Shown in pieces: positions 44,101 to 55,216 of a stretch of 64,000 bases of DNA. The stretch comes from Octopus vulgaris (Eukaryota). Under the pieces are notes generated by a model, which saw nothing but the letters and a program-made list of their open reading frames with translations, was not told the origin of the DNA and made no database searches. Position 1 is the first letter of the stretch, and each line of letters begins with the position of its first letter. Made by a program: the position numbers and the translations under genes. The stretch spans positions 51,956,001-52,020,000 of the forward strand of contig OX597831.1 in assembly GCA_951406725.2 (NCBI GenBank). Reading direction: 5' to 3'.

Positions 44101-47100
44101 GAATCATTAGCATGCCAAACAAAATGTTTAGTGGCATTTTATCTGTCTTTACAATCCGAGTTCAAAGTCTGCTCAGGTCGGATTTGTCTTTCATCCTTTC
44201 AGGGCCAATGATGTAAGTACCAGTTAAACACTGGGATAGATGTAATCAATAATCTTCCTCCCGAGCTGGCAAAAACGGTAGCGCGCCGGGCGAAATGCGT
44301 AGCCGTATTTTGTCTGCCGTTACGTTCTTAGTTCAATTTCCGCCGAGGTCGACTTTGCCTTTCATCCTTTCGGGGTCGATAAATTAAGTACCAGTTACGC
44401 ACTGGGGTCAATGTAATCGACTTAATCCGTTTGTCTGTCCCCTCTGTGTTTAGCCCCTTGTGGGTAGTAAAGAAAGAAAAATAATCTTCCTCCCCAAATT
44501 AGAAAGATATTATTATTAAGGTGATGAGCTGGCAGAATTGTTAGCACACCGGGCAAAATGCTTGGTGGTATTTCACCTATCTTTACCTTCAGAGTTCAAA
44601 TTCTGCTGAGGTTGACTTATCCTTTCAGGGTCGATAAATTAAGTACCAGTCAAGTACTGGGGTCAATGTGATCGACTTTCCTCCTCTCCCAAAATTTCAG
44701 GCTTTGTGCTTAGACTATTATTAATATTATTATAAAGTGGTAAATTGGCTGAATTGTTATTGTGTCAGACAAAAGGCTTAGCCTTTCTTCTGGTTCTTTA
44801 CGTTTGGAGTTCAAACTCCATTGAGGTTGACTTTGCCTTACAATTTTACGGGGTTGAAATAAGTACCAATTGAGAACTGAAGTCAATGTTATAGACTTAC
44901 CCTATTCCCCTCAAAACTTGCTGGCCTTGTGCCAAAACTTGAAACCATTTCTATCATTATGATGGTGAGATGGCAAAATTTTTTACCATACTGAACAAAA
45001 TGCTGCAAAGCATTTCTTCTTACTCTTGACATTTTGAGTTCAAATACCACTGAAATCAACTTAATCTTTCATCCTTTCAGGGTCAATAATATAAAGTATC
45101 AGCAAAGTACTCAAATGATGTAATCAACTATCCCTCTCCCACTCAAAATTGCTTGTGCCAAATCAGAAAGAACTATTATTATTATTATCAACAAAGCCAC
45201 AGACAGTCTAAATAAAATATCACCAACTACCTTCTAGCATATAGTTTTCTACAGCACAGATCTTATGTTTCATTCTTCTGTAACAGGTGGCCCAAAAAGT
45301 ACCAGTTACATACTATGAAAAAGTCACATAAGTGTATGAAAAATGTTCTGAAGGCATAATAATAATAATAAAAACATAGTGGACTGACAAATTCATTAGG
45401 ACATCAATACTTGTTAATGCTTTGAGTTTAAATCCTGCCAAAGTCAACTTTACTTTTCATCCCTGTGGGGGTGATAAAATAAAACACAAGCACTGGAGTC
45501 ACTTTAATCAACTAACCCTTATCTCTTATTTCAAACCCTTTGCTTATATTATTAGAAACAATTATTGTTATTTTAAGAGCATCAGACAAAATGCCATAAG
45601 GTTTTTCTTTCAACTCTTTATACATTCTAGGTTCAAATCCCTCTGAGGTTAATTTTGCTTTTCATCTTTCTTGGGGGTAAATAAAGTACTAGATAAGTAC
45701 TGGAGTTGATGTAATTGAGTTTTCCCTTCACCTCTAGCCAGATTAAGTTACCAATTTGTCTAAATTCCCTCTGAAACAATTTCATCATTGTTGATAGGAA
45801 CTGGTGAACATATTTGTAATCTTGTTAGAAACTGATAGGAAGGTGTTTGGTCTGATGATGGTGATGACAGTAACAATAAACCTTTCAAACTGCACAGATA
45901 CTACTCTCCAATATTAAGTATATATTAGATTTAGAAAATACTATTCAGAATTTGTAACAAAAATTTAACTTCTTTTTGAAATCTGAAATATTCAAATCAC
46001 TTGTTACAGAGTAGTCTATATTTTGGGACCATGGTATTCTACTCACTGAATCAGAAGCCAACAAGAGTGTGTTCATGTGGTTACTCAACTTGCTAAAAAC
46101 AGCAGCCACATTTCTTCAAATTACAGCAAGCTTAAAAAAACAAATGATACATTCCATATACAAAATGATGGAATGGTCTCTGCAGTAAGATCTTTGATCA
46201 TTGGTCTACTCAGCTGGACCTGACCTGAGGTTAATCAGAAGCATCGAGCTTGTTTGCCTTTATGGGCTGGATTGAAGCATAAGGTGAGGTCTTGTGTCTA
46301 GATAGGGATAACTATTCCTAAAAAGCTTTGTTTTTTATAAATACAGCCCAAAATAAATGGATAGAGGAGGATTCATATACATTATAACTTCATTAATAAA
46401 GGAAAGGCAAGATATGAGTGTTAGCAAAGTCTGTCTGCAAAGATGTGAGGAAGTAAAACTCATCCACACAGTATGCATACAATCCTATTAAGGAAAACTC
46501 CTTAGACAATGGAGACAGAAATTATCCAAATGAATACAAACAGGTCTAGAAATGACCAACATTTGATAGAAAACTTGCACTATTTCAGCTGCAAAAACTT
46601 TCAAATATATATATTGCCAGATCAGATTGGAGCCTGATGCAACCTCCTGGCTTGCCAGTCCTCAAAATGTCCAACCCATGCCAGCTTGAAAAGTGGATGT
46701 TAAACGATGATGATGATATATCATCATCATCATCATTTAATGTCCATCTTCTATGCATGCATGAATAGGATGGCTGACAGGAGCCAGCCAAGTAGAAGGC
46801 TACCCCAGGCTACTGTGTCTATTTTAACAGAGTTTTTATGGCTGGATGCCCTTCCTAAAACCAACCACTCTGCAGAGTGAACTCAGTGTTTTTATGTGGC
46901 ACTAACTAGCACAGGTGAGGTTAGTTTTGGCATAACTTTTACAGCTGGATGTCCTTCCAAATGCCAACCACTTTACAGCATGGACTGGATGCTTTTTACA
47001 TGGAACCAGCACCGTCAGGGTCACCAAATAACTCACAAGATAAGGAATTTTGAGAGGGGTAGGGGCATTTGAGGAGGGAAACTTGTGTCAGAGGAAAGGT

Positions 47101-50100
47101 TAGAGTGTGACAGAGAGGTAGAAATAGGAGTCTTGTTATAACGGAGGGGGTAATGGAAGATGTGATCCTGTGTCGAATGATAAAAGGTTAAAGTGTGACA
47201 CAGAAATAGAGAGGCAGAAACAGATGTCTTGCTACAGAGGGGGTACATAGTTACAGAGAGAAAGAATAGAAAGAGTTTCTATGGCTGAATGCCCTTCCTG
47301 CCACCAATCCTCACTTGTTTCCAAGTAGGATAATATTTCTGTGACTGGACATGTTCATGGAAGATTGGAAACATTAAGGACACCAGTAGTATGTCAGTGA
47401 TACTCATTTATAACTATCACAAAATGCCAAAGCAAAGAGGCAGTAGTACACACGATGGGCTTCTTTCATTTCCCATCTACCAAATCGATCCACAAGACAT
47501 TGATCAGCCTGGGGCTACAATGAAAGACACCGATGGTGCTATGTAGCAGGACTAAACCTGAAACCATGTGGTTGGAAAGCAAACTTCTTAACCACAAAGC
47601 CGTGCATGCATGCACATACACCCCACCACTGGTAACAAATGTAGAGAATGCAGTACCATCTGAAAGTGGTGCAATTACAGTACCAGAGCTCAAGAGATCC
47701 ACAGGCTCATAAATCTCTTGGGAGCATATGAGAATATTTTGATGGAGGTAAGGTGGTGAACTGGCAGACTCGTTAGCGCGCTGGGCAAAATGCTTAGTGG
47801 CATTTCATCTGCCTTTACGTTTTGAATTCAAATTCCACTGGGCCGACTTGACCTTTCACCCTTATGGAGTCTATAAAATAAGTAGCAGCTGAACACTGGG
47901 ATTGATGTAATTGACTTATCCCCTGGCCTCATGCCAAAATTTGAAATCAATATTTTGATCAAGGTGGAAGTTCCATTTCATTCATAAAATATTCAAGAAT
48001 GTGTACACCTAAAGATGAACCCAACAGAAAGTATTTCTGTTGATGGTGATCATATACTGAAGTCAATGTCAGAGGAATATTTGCAGATTGTATCACTGTA
48101 TTATCAAACACTCCTGTACATATTTTTAATGATGCATGTGTGTGTATATATACACTGTCTTGAAAACAAAAAATATAGAAAAATTTAGTAAAATAACTTT
48201 GTTTTTAATATTATGCCCAGGTTTAGAACAATGTAAAGGGTTCATATGTAAAACTGGTTAATATGAACTCTCTAAAACTAGTCATGTATCTCAGAATCAG
48301 AAGCAGTCTCAGGAGGGTCATGAAAAGAAATTCTGCATTATGAGACCATATACAGGCATACCCCATGTTACGGCCACCTCTTATGCTAACAGAAATTGTA
48401 AATTATGACCATTATTTCAGGAAACGGCCTGTAATTTTGCTCTAATGGAGACTTGTATAGTCTTAAATTTTAAAAACTACACTTTCTTCTTAGTGCAATG
48501 GCAGCTTGCACTTTAGTATACAGTTAATGATTTGAAAAACTATCATCACGTTACACACATAGATGTATATAAAATATACATAATGTGAGTATGTGTTTGC
48601 ATATATATGAATGGGTATGTGTGTGTATATGTGTTTCTGTCAACACAACCACCAACAATAATGTATAGTATGAAATTGATAAGCAAATCCATTTCAAATA
48701 TAAACATGAGGTATCCTTGTGTATTTTCAAAGTTGAATGAGAGGTCTTTGATCTTTGGTCTAAGAGGCTTAATTTGAGACTAAACAGCCACAACAATACA
48801 ATTAGTAAGAAATATACTACTACAACACCAATAATACCCAGTATCACTAACATCTAAATCAATGCAACCCACATCATCCCCACTATCAACCCACCGACTT
48901 TTGACTCCACTAGCTACAAAAGATATTAGCATGTATGAAAACATGAGTGTATGCATTTATGTTTTAAGTCAGCAGTGCAAGGAGCAAATTGCTTATAAAA
49001 TTGGGTGACCCTTCAGTTAACTGTAATCATTTATCTTTTCATCACATTTTCTTTATTTCAGCAATAAAATAAAACAATTTTCAGCTCTCACAAATCAGAT
49101 CTTTACAGGATGTTTTTTTGTTTTTTTTTTACTGTAAAAGAGTTCCACTGGATATTAAACCTGATGTTTTAAAAAGACTTGATAGGAAAGTAAAACCAAG
49201 TTATGTTACCTAAATAATCAAATCTTGCAACATCTACAGTAGGAACAATATATGACAATATGGAGAAAATTATGTCAAGTGCTCAAGAAGCTACTCCATT
49301 AACTGTCTGGACCTTATTTTTCCACAGATCTAATATAATGCTACAAATGCACTGACTTTTGATTGAATGGATCGAGGATCATAATTGACATAATGTGCCA
49401 ATAAACACAATGGTAATTTTTTTAAAATAAAGTAAAATGTTTATATGACAATTTGCAGAAAAAGGAAGGTAAAATTCTATGGAAAACCCTTTTTTGGCTA
49501 GTAAAGGCTGATTTGAAAGGTTTAAAAAGAGAATGAATTTGCACAACAAACATGACTTGTGAAACTACAAGCACTGATACAGAGGCTGCAACTAATTATC
49601 CTGAGCAGCTGAAGAAGATGATTGCAGAAGGGGGCTACACACCAGAGCAAGAATACTAGTTGATGGAAGCGCATGCCTGCTGGAACTTTTATTTCTCAAG
49701 AAGGAAAATCAACACCAGGACTTAAAACTTCCAAAAATCATCTGACACATTTTGGGGAAGGAAATGCCACCAGTGAGTGATATGAAATTAGAGCCCTTAC
49801 AAGTTCATCACTCTGAAAATTTAAAGGCTTTTAAAGGTTACACCAAGTTTAATCTACCTCTGATTTGACATTCAAATAAAAAAATAGGGATGACTAAGAG
49901 CTTTCAAAGAGTACTTCACAAACGTTTCTCATCCTGCCATAAAAAGGAACAGTGCCAGACAATATTTCCAACAAAGAATTGCTTTTAGACAGTGCACTAA
50001 ATCACCCAGCAAATTTAGATGACCTTTCTGATAATGTGAGAGTAGAATATATCCCCAAGAATACTCTTTTGCTCCAGCCAATGGATCAAAGTGTGATAAC

Positions 50101-53100
50101 CAACTTCAAGACATATTATATGAGAAGAACTTTCAAGCAACTTATGAGAGCAAATGACAAGGAGGATAAACTTACAGTTAAAGATTTCTGAAAGAAATTC
50201 AACACAATGGATGCTGTGGATAATAGAGCAGAGTCATGGGATGAAGTGAAACCTTCAACTTTGAATAATGCTCGGAAAAATTTAAGGCCAGGTTATATCC
50301 ATAACATTACAAGTTCTCAGGCGGAGAGTCTGCATCAAATTCAGAAAGAGATTGTGACACTTGCAAAAGGATGGAGATGATGTGACCGAGTTGTTAGTAT
50401 CCCAGAAAGTTTATCTAATGAGGAGTTGATGCAGTTAGAAAGTGAACAAGTTGAGAATACGGACGAGACAATGGAAGTTCCAACATCACCACTTAAATTG
50501 GCTACAAAAATTATTACTAAAGGTCTGCAGGTTTTTGTTGATAATGATCCTAATTATAAACATAACATACAAATTAAAAGAGTTTATAATGAGCTCAGTT
50601 CTTATACGGAGTTGTACAAAGAGATGATGTGTCACAAACAACAAAAACCTCTTTGGATAAGCGAATCACCCCTAAAGATGATGTTCAAGATAAATGAACT
50701 ATGAAGATAGTAAATATTGTCCCTCATCATCCTATTAACGCTAATTCCACCACCACTATTCACAGAGTAGTCAACATCTACTGTGGTAAGAGCGTATCTA
50801 ATGATATTACGATTCTTATTAATTCCCTTATTCCTCTTGAAATGTTTTCTATTTTATGTATATATATTGTATCGTATCTGCTTAGAAAGTTATTTTCATG
50901 TATGAAGGTGATTGTGCTTTTTGTTCTGTTGTTTTCTTGAGCATTTTTTTTCTTTTGGTGGTGGGGGGGTCCGTGGGAACGTAATATCACTTAATATAAA
51001 AATCAATAGAAAAATTAATTTCGCATTACGGCCAGACTTTCGGGAATGCATTACTTCCGTAAAGCGAGAGATTCCTGTAATCGGGCATCATCGTCTGAAA
51101 AGTTTAAATACTAGTTTGTGAACTCGTATTTAATTGTTTTTTTTGTTTCTTAAGCAGCTTGTTGTGAATCGTGCAACCATCGGTCGAAATAATGTTAAAA
51201 GAGAAAATAACTAAACAAGAATAACATGTATATAATAAACAAAACAAAAGACAACATATATGAAGTTTCAGATTTACGGGAAAGTTAAAGTAGAAACGAG
51301 GGTCATGCTTTTTTCAAAGACTTCTATTGAGTAAATTCAACACATACACAGGCTTGATGACACAAACAAGAAAGTAGAATTCAAAACATGAGCATATATA
51401 TTTTTATTATTATTACTCGGCAGAAGTTAGAGTAACTCAGGGGCCTTCCAAAGATTTGTGCATCAGCACTTCGTCTGATAAATACCATGCATGAAACTAT
51501 CGAGTCTCGAATCACTCTATAACTTCTGTCGATTATTATTATAAGTCGACTACATCGACCGCAGAGTTCAGCTAGGAATTTGAACTCAGAACGTAGAGAA
51601 GAATGACGTACCTGCCACCAAACAAGTATGTCATTCTTACTAAATCGTTACCTAAGGACGAAATAATAATAATAATATATATATATATGGGATTAAAGTC
51701 GAAGTTCAGAATTTTATTAGTTCTAAATGAATGGTAATTATCTTGCGTAGACAAACATTAGCCTTTGTATGTGTATAAATATATAAATCTATTCACACCC
51801 GTATTTGGTTTCATAAACACACGAGGCAAGCAGTAATATCGACTTATCACTAGATAAGTCGACTCACTTAACAGAGGAAAAAAAGGCCCTAAACCATTAG
51901 CTATGTATAAGCATATCAGCGAATACCCGTAAATGTTTTGTGCAAATGACAATACACCCATTGAACACATGTAAGGCTGTGTGCGCTGCCATCTTTAAAT
52001 ACCCACAATGCATCACAATGACGGCCATCAAAAGTGAAGTACGAAATTGTATTTTTATATGGAGAATGTGAAGTGAGGCATTCATCCCGTTTCCTTTTTA
52101 ATATTATAAGTACCGCGTAATAAGAACATGGGTATTGGACATAATAAAACAACCAGTGAATGAAAGAACACTAAATAAAGTATCAGACGTTGGGCGTTGA
52201 ATCCTTGGTCACACCACAATAGAAAATGTGTGTGTGTGTGTGTACATATGCATATAAAGAAAAACAAATGTTTGGGAAAGATTTATGTTGTTCTGCTACC
52301 CATTCACCCAGCCTAAACTGAACAGACTGACGATCGAAGGCCATGACAATCGTGTCTTTCTCTTGGATATTACATATTTAGAACTACAATATCCAATGTG
52401 TTGTTCCCCAGTAGAAGTGCAATATTTGAGGGAGATCTAACAACTATTTCTAGAAGGTTGAGATAGAGAACGTAAAGGCTCTCCCGCGTTGACCTGTTCA
52501 TATTTCGAGAAGTTTAAAAAAAAAATTTTTAAATAAATCATTTTTAGGGAAGTTTATCCACAGACACGCCAATAATTATATAACTATATGCTTCATAAGT
52601 GTGTGTGTGTGTATCTATATACATAGTCGTGACAAGAGACATATTCGAGGAAAGATAATATTCAAAAGAATTTCTATGGAACATATAGAACACACATCTG
52701 CCAGATATATACACACACTTGAAACATGTGTGTGTATACAAAAACATATAGTTACATGTATGTACATGTAATACACACGCACATATATAGTTGCAAATAT
52801 ACGTACATATAATACGTAAAGAGTTGCATATATATGTATCTATAATACATACATATCTATTATAATTACTAAAAAAAGGGAAGGGGTCGACAACTTCGTC
52901 TTTTCCTGCTTCCGGGATCGATTAAGTACAAGTGTACCAGTGATGCATCCAGGTCCATGTAATCACCAATGCAGTTATCAATAAGTGCATAAAATACTAT
53001 ATAACCTTAGATATTAGTTTGTTTGTTTTTTTTTTTTTTCTTTGAATGGCAGTATTAGTAGAGCGTCGAACAAAATTAAAGACTTCAATGTAGTTGTCGC

Positions 53101-55216
53101 TTTATACTGAGAGTTCAAATACTGCCTGAATCGAATTCGCAATTCATTCTTTCCAGACTCGATAAAATGATGAGTACCAGTCGAATAATCGGGATCGATT
53201 TCATCGAGTGTGTTCTACACTCTGGAGTATTTTATGCTCTCGAGTTTTTTGTTAAAAACCATTCTTTTTATTATTATTTTGATTTGTCAGTCTAACAAAA
53301 AAAAGTATTCCTGTACTATGACTGGACTACCCGAAAACATGAGGGTGCATCCACCCGACAGACAAACACACATATATACATACAGACGGACAAACAAACA
53401 AACAAGCAGAAGAGATTGGTCCCTCACCTTTGAAATTTTTGATGACCAATTTTTTGGCGGCGGCGGGTCTGTTGGCGGCGTTGAGGGGTGAAGCATGGTG
53501 TCTGCTGATACCATTGCTGGAGTTGGTCAGAGCGGAGAAGTTAGGTCTCCTCTCAGACTCGGTCATTGTTCTCACTCCTCTATCACCTTCTTTTTCTCTC
53601 TCTACCACTTCGTCTACAGCCGCCGCTGCTGCTGCTGCTACTGGTGTTGCTGTTGATGCTGCTGCGTCTACTCCTCCTCCTCCCTCACCTCTGTCTCTTT
53701 CTCCTTCTTCTCTCCTCTCTCCTTTTCTTTTACTTTCTTCTTCTTTTTCTTCTTGTTTATGATGATTGTGGTTGCGGTCGTCGTCGTCGTCGTCTTCTTT
53801 CTCTTCCTTACGTCCACCACTACCACCTCTGCTGCTGCCAGCGCCGCCGCTGTCACCACCACCACCACTGCTGCTGCTAGGACCTTCTATATTTTGCCCA
53901 CTTTTGTCCCTCGAAGTAGACGGAGCAGTGAAAGTCTTAGTTGTATAGTTACTAGTAGTTGTGGTTGTTGTACTGGTTGAGGTACCTGTACAACTGGCAG
54001 AAGTGGTGGTCGGAGTGAGGGTGGAAGTGGTAGTAGCAGTGGTTATGGTATTGGTGGCAGTGCTGAGGTTTAGGTCCTGGTCGTCACTTGCTTTGTTGTT
54101 GAAGGTTTGCGAATTCACTTTGCTAGTCACAACAGTCGGTCTGATGCCGTTAGTACTGTTAGTGGTGGTGGTGGTAGTAGTAGATGAAGTGGTAGTGGTG
54201 GCGGCGGCGGTGCTGCTGGGGCCACTGACCTCTCCGCTTTTGGCTGTTGTTGTTGTTGTTGTCGACGACGACGCCACTGCCGACACACTTTCAACTTTAG
54301 TTGTTGCTGTTGTTGTTGTTGATGTTGTAGCAATGACAGTTGAGATGGTGGTGGATGGTTCGACTGAGGAGCAAGAGCTGTCAGTCCCAGAGCTGGCACC
54401 TCCACCTTGACCACTTCCAGTATGTTCTGTTTCTTCACTTACTCCCGATGATGCTACTGTTGTTGTTGTTGCTGTTGTTCTTGCACCTTCTGCACTGTTA
54501 TCTCCACCACTGGAGTGGTTGACACTCACAACACTACTATCACTAATGTTGGTGTTAGTGTCGTTGGCAGTATTATAGTCAGTAGCTGCTATTGCTGGTG
54601 ATGGCAGTGGTACTGTGGCTGCTGTTGTTGTTGTTGTTATTACTGTGTTGTTGTTGTTTTTGTTGTGTTGGCTTGTACTGTCCAGGTCAAATGCCAATCC
54701 CGCCGTGGGACTAATGGACACTTTGATTTTCTTATGATTCGACGGAGAAGACGGACGCTGGTAAGAGTCGGAAGTAGAGTCTACTAATGTTGACGATGAT
54801 GATGATGATGGTGGTGGAGTAGTGGCGGTACTGTTTAATGGTCTCGACCAACTGGAACAGCCACTGTCTGAACTTATTTCTACCGCTGCTGTTGTAGTAG
54901 TCGACAATATTACTGATGCTGATGTTGTAGGTCCTGTCGCTGTATCACTGGAGCTGGTATTACTCAACGTACCACTACTACTACTAACGCCAATACTGTT
55001 ACTCTCAGATGATACTCCGACTGTACTACTCACTGCAACTATTGAGCCACTTAAACGACGCTTGCGGTGGTTCGTATTCTCCTCGCTCGACCGGCTCTGG
55101 TGATTATTATTGTTGCTATTATTACTATTATTGGTGGTGGTGGTGCTGGTGGTAGTGTTATTGGTAGTAGTGTTGCTATCCTCAGAAGCGAACTTATTAA
55201 CGCTTGAGAGAGGCAT
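2166..55216 (-). CDS. CUL4: Cullin-4 (CRL4 scaffold), multi-exon gene, 3' end outside the window
   Basis: 14 exons join in frame (3097 nt) and give cullin-4 motifs: [79 protein letters not shown]. The span given includes introns. Confidence 0.97.
2614..2680 (-). CDS. CUL4: CUL4 exon 13 (67 nt) [23 protein letters not shown]
   Basis: ttacag|GAA ... G|GTAAGT. Confidence 0.96.
3611..3648 (-). CDS. CUL4: CUL4 exon 12 (38 nt) [13 protein letters not shown]
   Basis: ttccag|CC AAG ... AAA|GTAAGT. Confidence 0.94.
4040..4341 (-). mobile_element. tRNA(Arg)-like SINE sharing its head with 11004-11190
   Basis: Reverse complement reads TGGAGGCGCAATGACCTAGTGGTTAGGGCAGCGGACTCGC...GGTTTCGATTCCC; CpGs retained. 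Confidence 0.85.
4457..4494 (+). ncRNA. Hammerhead-like motif with variant core in a (TA)n-embedded repeat (about 4383-4591)
   Basis: TCTTT-CTGTTGA-A-GAGC-GTAG-GCTC-GAAAC-GTT-AAAGA. Confidence 0.45.
4722..4850 (-). CDS. CUL4: CUL4 exon 11 (129 nt) DFKDKIDN...NKPAELI
   Basis: ccag|AT TTC ... G|GTATGA; within ORF 4501..4860. Confidence 0.95.
6462..6537 (-). CDS. CUL4: CUL4 exon 10 (76 nt) [25 protein letters not shown]
   Basis: ttatag|GGA ... G|GTAAGT. Confidence 0.93.
7370..7812. repeat. Degenerate purine-rich (AG/AGAC/AGAT) low-complexity tract
   Basis: Read directly; explains the overlapping spurious ORFs at 7115-7767. Confidence 0.85.
8370..8488 (-). CDS. CUL4: CUL4 exon 9 (119 nt) [39 protein letters not shown]
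   Basis: atcag|GT CTT ... AAG|GTGAGA. Confidence 0.95.
9164..9231 (-). CDS. CUL4: CUL4 exon 8 (68 nt) [23 protein letters not shown]
   Basis: ctgcag|A AAG ... G|GTAAGC. Confidence 0.95.
10728..10810 (-). CDS. CUL4: CUL4 exon 7 (83 nt) [28 protein letters not shown]
   Basis: ctctag|GTC ... AA|GTATGT. Confidence 0.95.
11004..11313 (+). mobile_element. Young tRNA(Arg)-like SINE
   Basis: A box TGGCCCAGTGG, B-box-like GTTTTGATTCCC, A-rich tail, 14-bp TSD TACTTTGTCTAAAG. Confidence 0.88.
11960..12118 (+). mobile_element. Retroposon 3' tail ending in (GAT)n (representative copy)
   Basis: GGAAGGGCATCCAGCTGTAGAAAC...CCATGCTAGCATGGAAAACGGACG.TAAATGATGATG. Recurs at about 100-252, 14147-14287, 23990-24125 and 46615-46720, and in reverse at about 1420-1590 and 46720-47040. 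Confidence 0.78.
13809..13843 (-). ncRNA. Minimal type-I hammerhead-ribozyme-like motif in a (TA)n-embedded repeat (about 13715-13900)
   Basis: GTTT-CTGAAGA-A-GAGC-TCC-GCTC-GAAAC-GTT-AAAC. Confidence 0.55.
13958..14047 (-). CDS. CUL4: CUL4 exon 6 (90 nt) [30 protein letters not shown]
   Basis: cag|ATT ... GAT|GTAAGT. Confidence 0.96.
14833..14995 (-). CDS. CUL4: CUL4 exon 5 (163 nt) [10 protein letters not shown]...LLRMLSDLQ
   Basis: tttag|G GAC ... CAG|GTGAG; within ORF 14764..15126. Confidence 0.96.
15530..16070 (+). mobile_element. RTE-type LINE 3' fragment
   Basis: [19 protein letters not shown]...LQWSGHI is typical of the RTE C-terminal region; frame is degraded. Confidence 0.75.
16555..16757. 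mobile_element. piggyBac-like MITE, second family (partial copy at about 15060-15272)
   Basis: TTAA-CCCTCTAGTATTC...GAATGCTAAAAGG-TTAA. Confidence 0.7.
16979..17119. mobile_element. piggyBac-like MITE abutting the exon 4 donor
   Basis: TTAA-CCCTTTCATTACTA...TAGTAACAAAAGGG-TTAA. Confidence 0.78.
17129..17202 (-). CDS. CUL4: CUL4 exon 4 (74 nt) [25 protein letters not shown]
   Basis: ttttcag|ATC ... TG|GTGAGT; read by hand, not in the ORF track. Confidence 0.96.
18893..18962 (-). CDS. CUL4: CUL4 exon 3 (70 nt) [23 protein letters not shown]
   Basis: AC acceptor; donor ATG|GTAAGT; phase 0. Confidence 0.95.
18963..27602 (-). other. U12-type (minor spliceosome) AT-AC intron, 8640 nt
   Basis: 5' splice site ATATCCTTT at 27602. 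Branch site TTTCCTTAAC at 18980-18971. 3' end TATCTTAC at 18963. Joining GG|A AAA ACC ATG keeps the frame. Confidence 0.95.
25950..26163. mobile_element. piggyBac-like MITE, copy A
   Basis: TTAA-CCCTTTCGCTAC...GTAACGAAAGGT-TTAA; highly similar to 29467-29686. Confidence 0.82.
27603..27822 (-). CDS. CUL4: CUL4 exon 2 (220 nt) DKPKLPENY...SNLQQFLG
   Basis: Acceptor ttttcag|AT. Ends at the U12 donor GG|ATATCCTTT, phase 2. Confidence 0.95.
29467..29686. mobile_element. piggyBac-like MITE, copy B
   Basis: TTAA-CCCTTTTGTTAC...GTAACGAAAGGG-TTAA. Confidence 0.85.
29926..30225. mobile_element. hAT-type MITE nested in a SINE
   Basis: TIRs TAGGGGTTCTCAAC / GTTGAGAAACACTA; perfect 8-bp TSD GTTTAGAC. 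Confidence 0.85.
36290..36720 (+). mobile_element. Relic of a non-LTR retrotransposon with restriction-like endonuclease
   Basis: [21 protein letters not shown] in ORF 36296..36493 resembles the RLE domain. Confidence 0.6.
39050..39410 (+). mobile_element. Abundant tRNA-derived SINE (representative copy)
   Basis: GTGTGGTAAGAAG..GGTTCAGTCCCACTG..CCTTGGGCAAGTGTCTTCTACTATAGCC. Related copies at about 440-1050, 9890-10050, 19380-19530, 31190-31520, 42700-42860 and 47460-47600. Confidence 0.8.
40472..40924. mobile_element. hAT-type MITE
   Basis: TIRs CAGTAGCGTAACTGGG / CCTAGCTACGCTACTG; perfect 8-bp TSD GTTATACT. Confidence 0.88.
40976..41175. repeat. Compound (TA)n/(CA)n/(TATC)n microsatellite
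   Basis: Read directly. Similar tracts at 4341-4382, 14521-14620, 17678-17720, 18070-18102 and 60711-60790. Confidence 0.95.
42010..42650 (-). mobile_element. RTE-clade LINE reverse transcriptase fragment
   Basis: [11 protein letters not shown] and [24 protein letters not shown] lie in frameshifted ORFs 42422..42706 and 42283..42468. Confidence 0.85.
43350..45720 (+). repeat. Cluster of about 9-10 co-oriented SINE copies, mostly head-to-tail
   Basis: Repeating unit GAGCTGGCAGAATCATTAGCA...GAGTTCAAAT...TTTCATCCTTTCAGGG..GATAAAATAAGTACCAGT with (ATT)n tails. Further copies at about 11505-11950, 47750-47950 and 59432-59650 (+), and 5615-5990 and 59855-60092 (-). Confidence 0.88.
48353..51077 (+). 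mobile_element. Degenerate full-length Tigger/pogo DNA transposon
   Basis: TA-flanked imperfect TIRs (CAGGCATACCCCATGTTACG / CGTAAAGCGAGAGATTCCTG). Broken transposase at about 49120-50680: [40 protein letters not shown]. Confidence 0.88.
53428..55216 (-). CDS. CUL4: CUL4 exon 1: 550-aa low-complexity S/T/N-rich extension, then [15 protein letters not shown]...KKLVIKNFK
   Basis: ORF 53327..55216. In-frame TAG upstream at 55310-55312. Donor AAAG|GTGAGG at 53428/53427, phase 1. The part from Met551 (53566) is secure; translation of the extension is inferred. Confidence 0.85.

Noticed and set aside
43350-45720. CRISPR-like or satellite array
   Set aside because: Units are diverged SINEs of about 200 bp in eukaryotic DNA, with no repeat-spacer pattern.
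49120-50704. Possible domesticated TIGD/CENP-B-like gene
   Set aside because: Many stops and frameshifts, and TIRs are still present.
53430-55103. Several + strand ORFs (poly-Val, poly-Leu) antisense to exon 1
   Set aside because: By-products of the trinucleotide repeats in exon 1; no independent coding signal.
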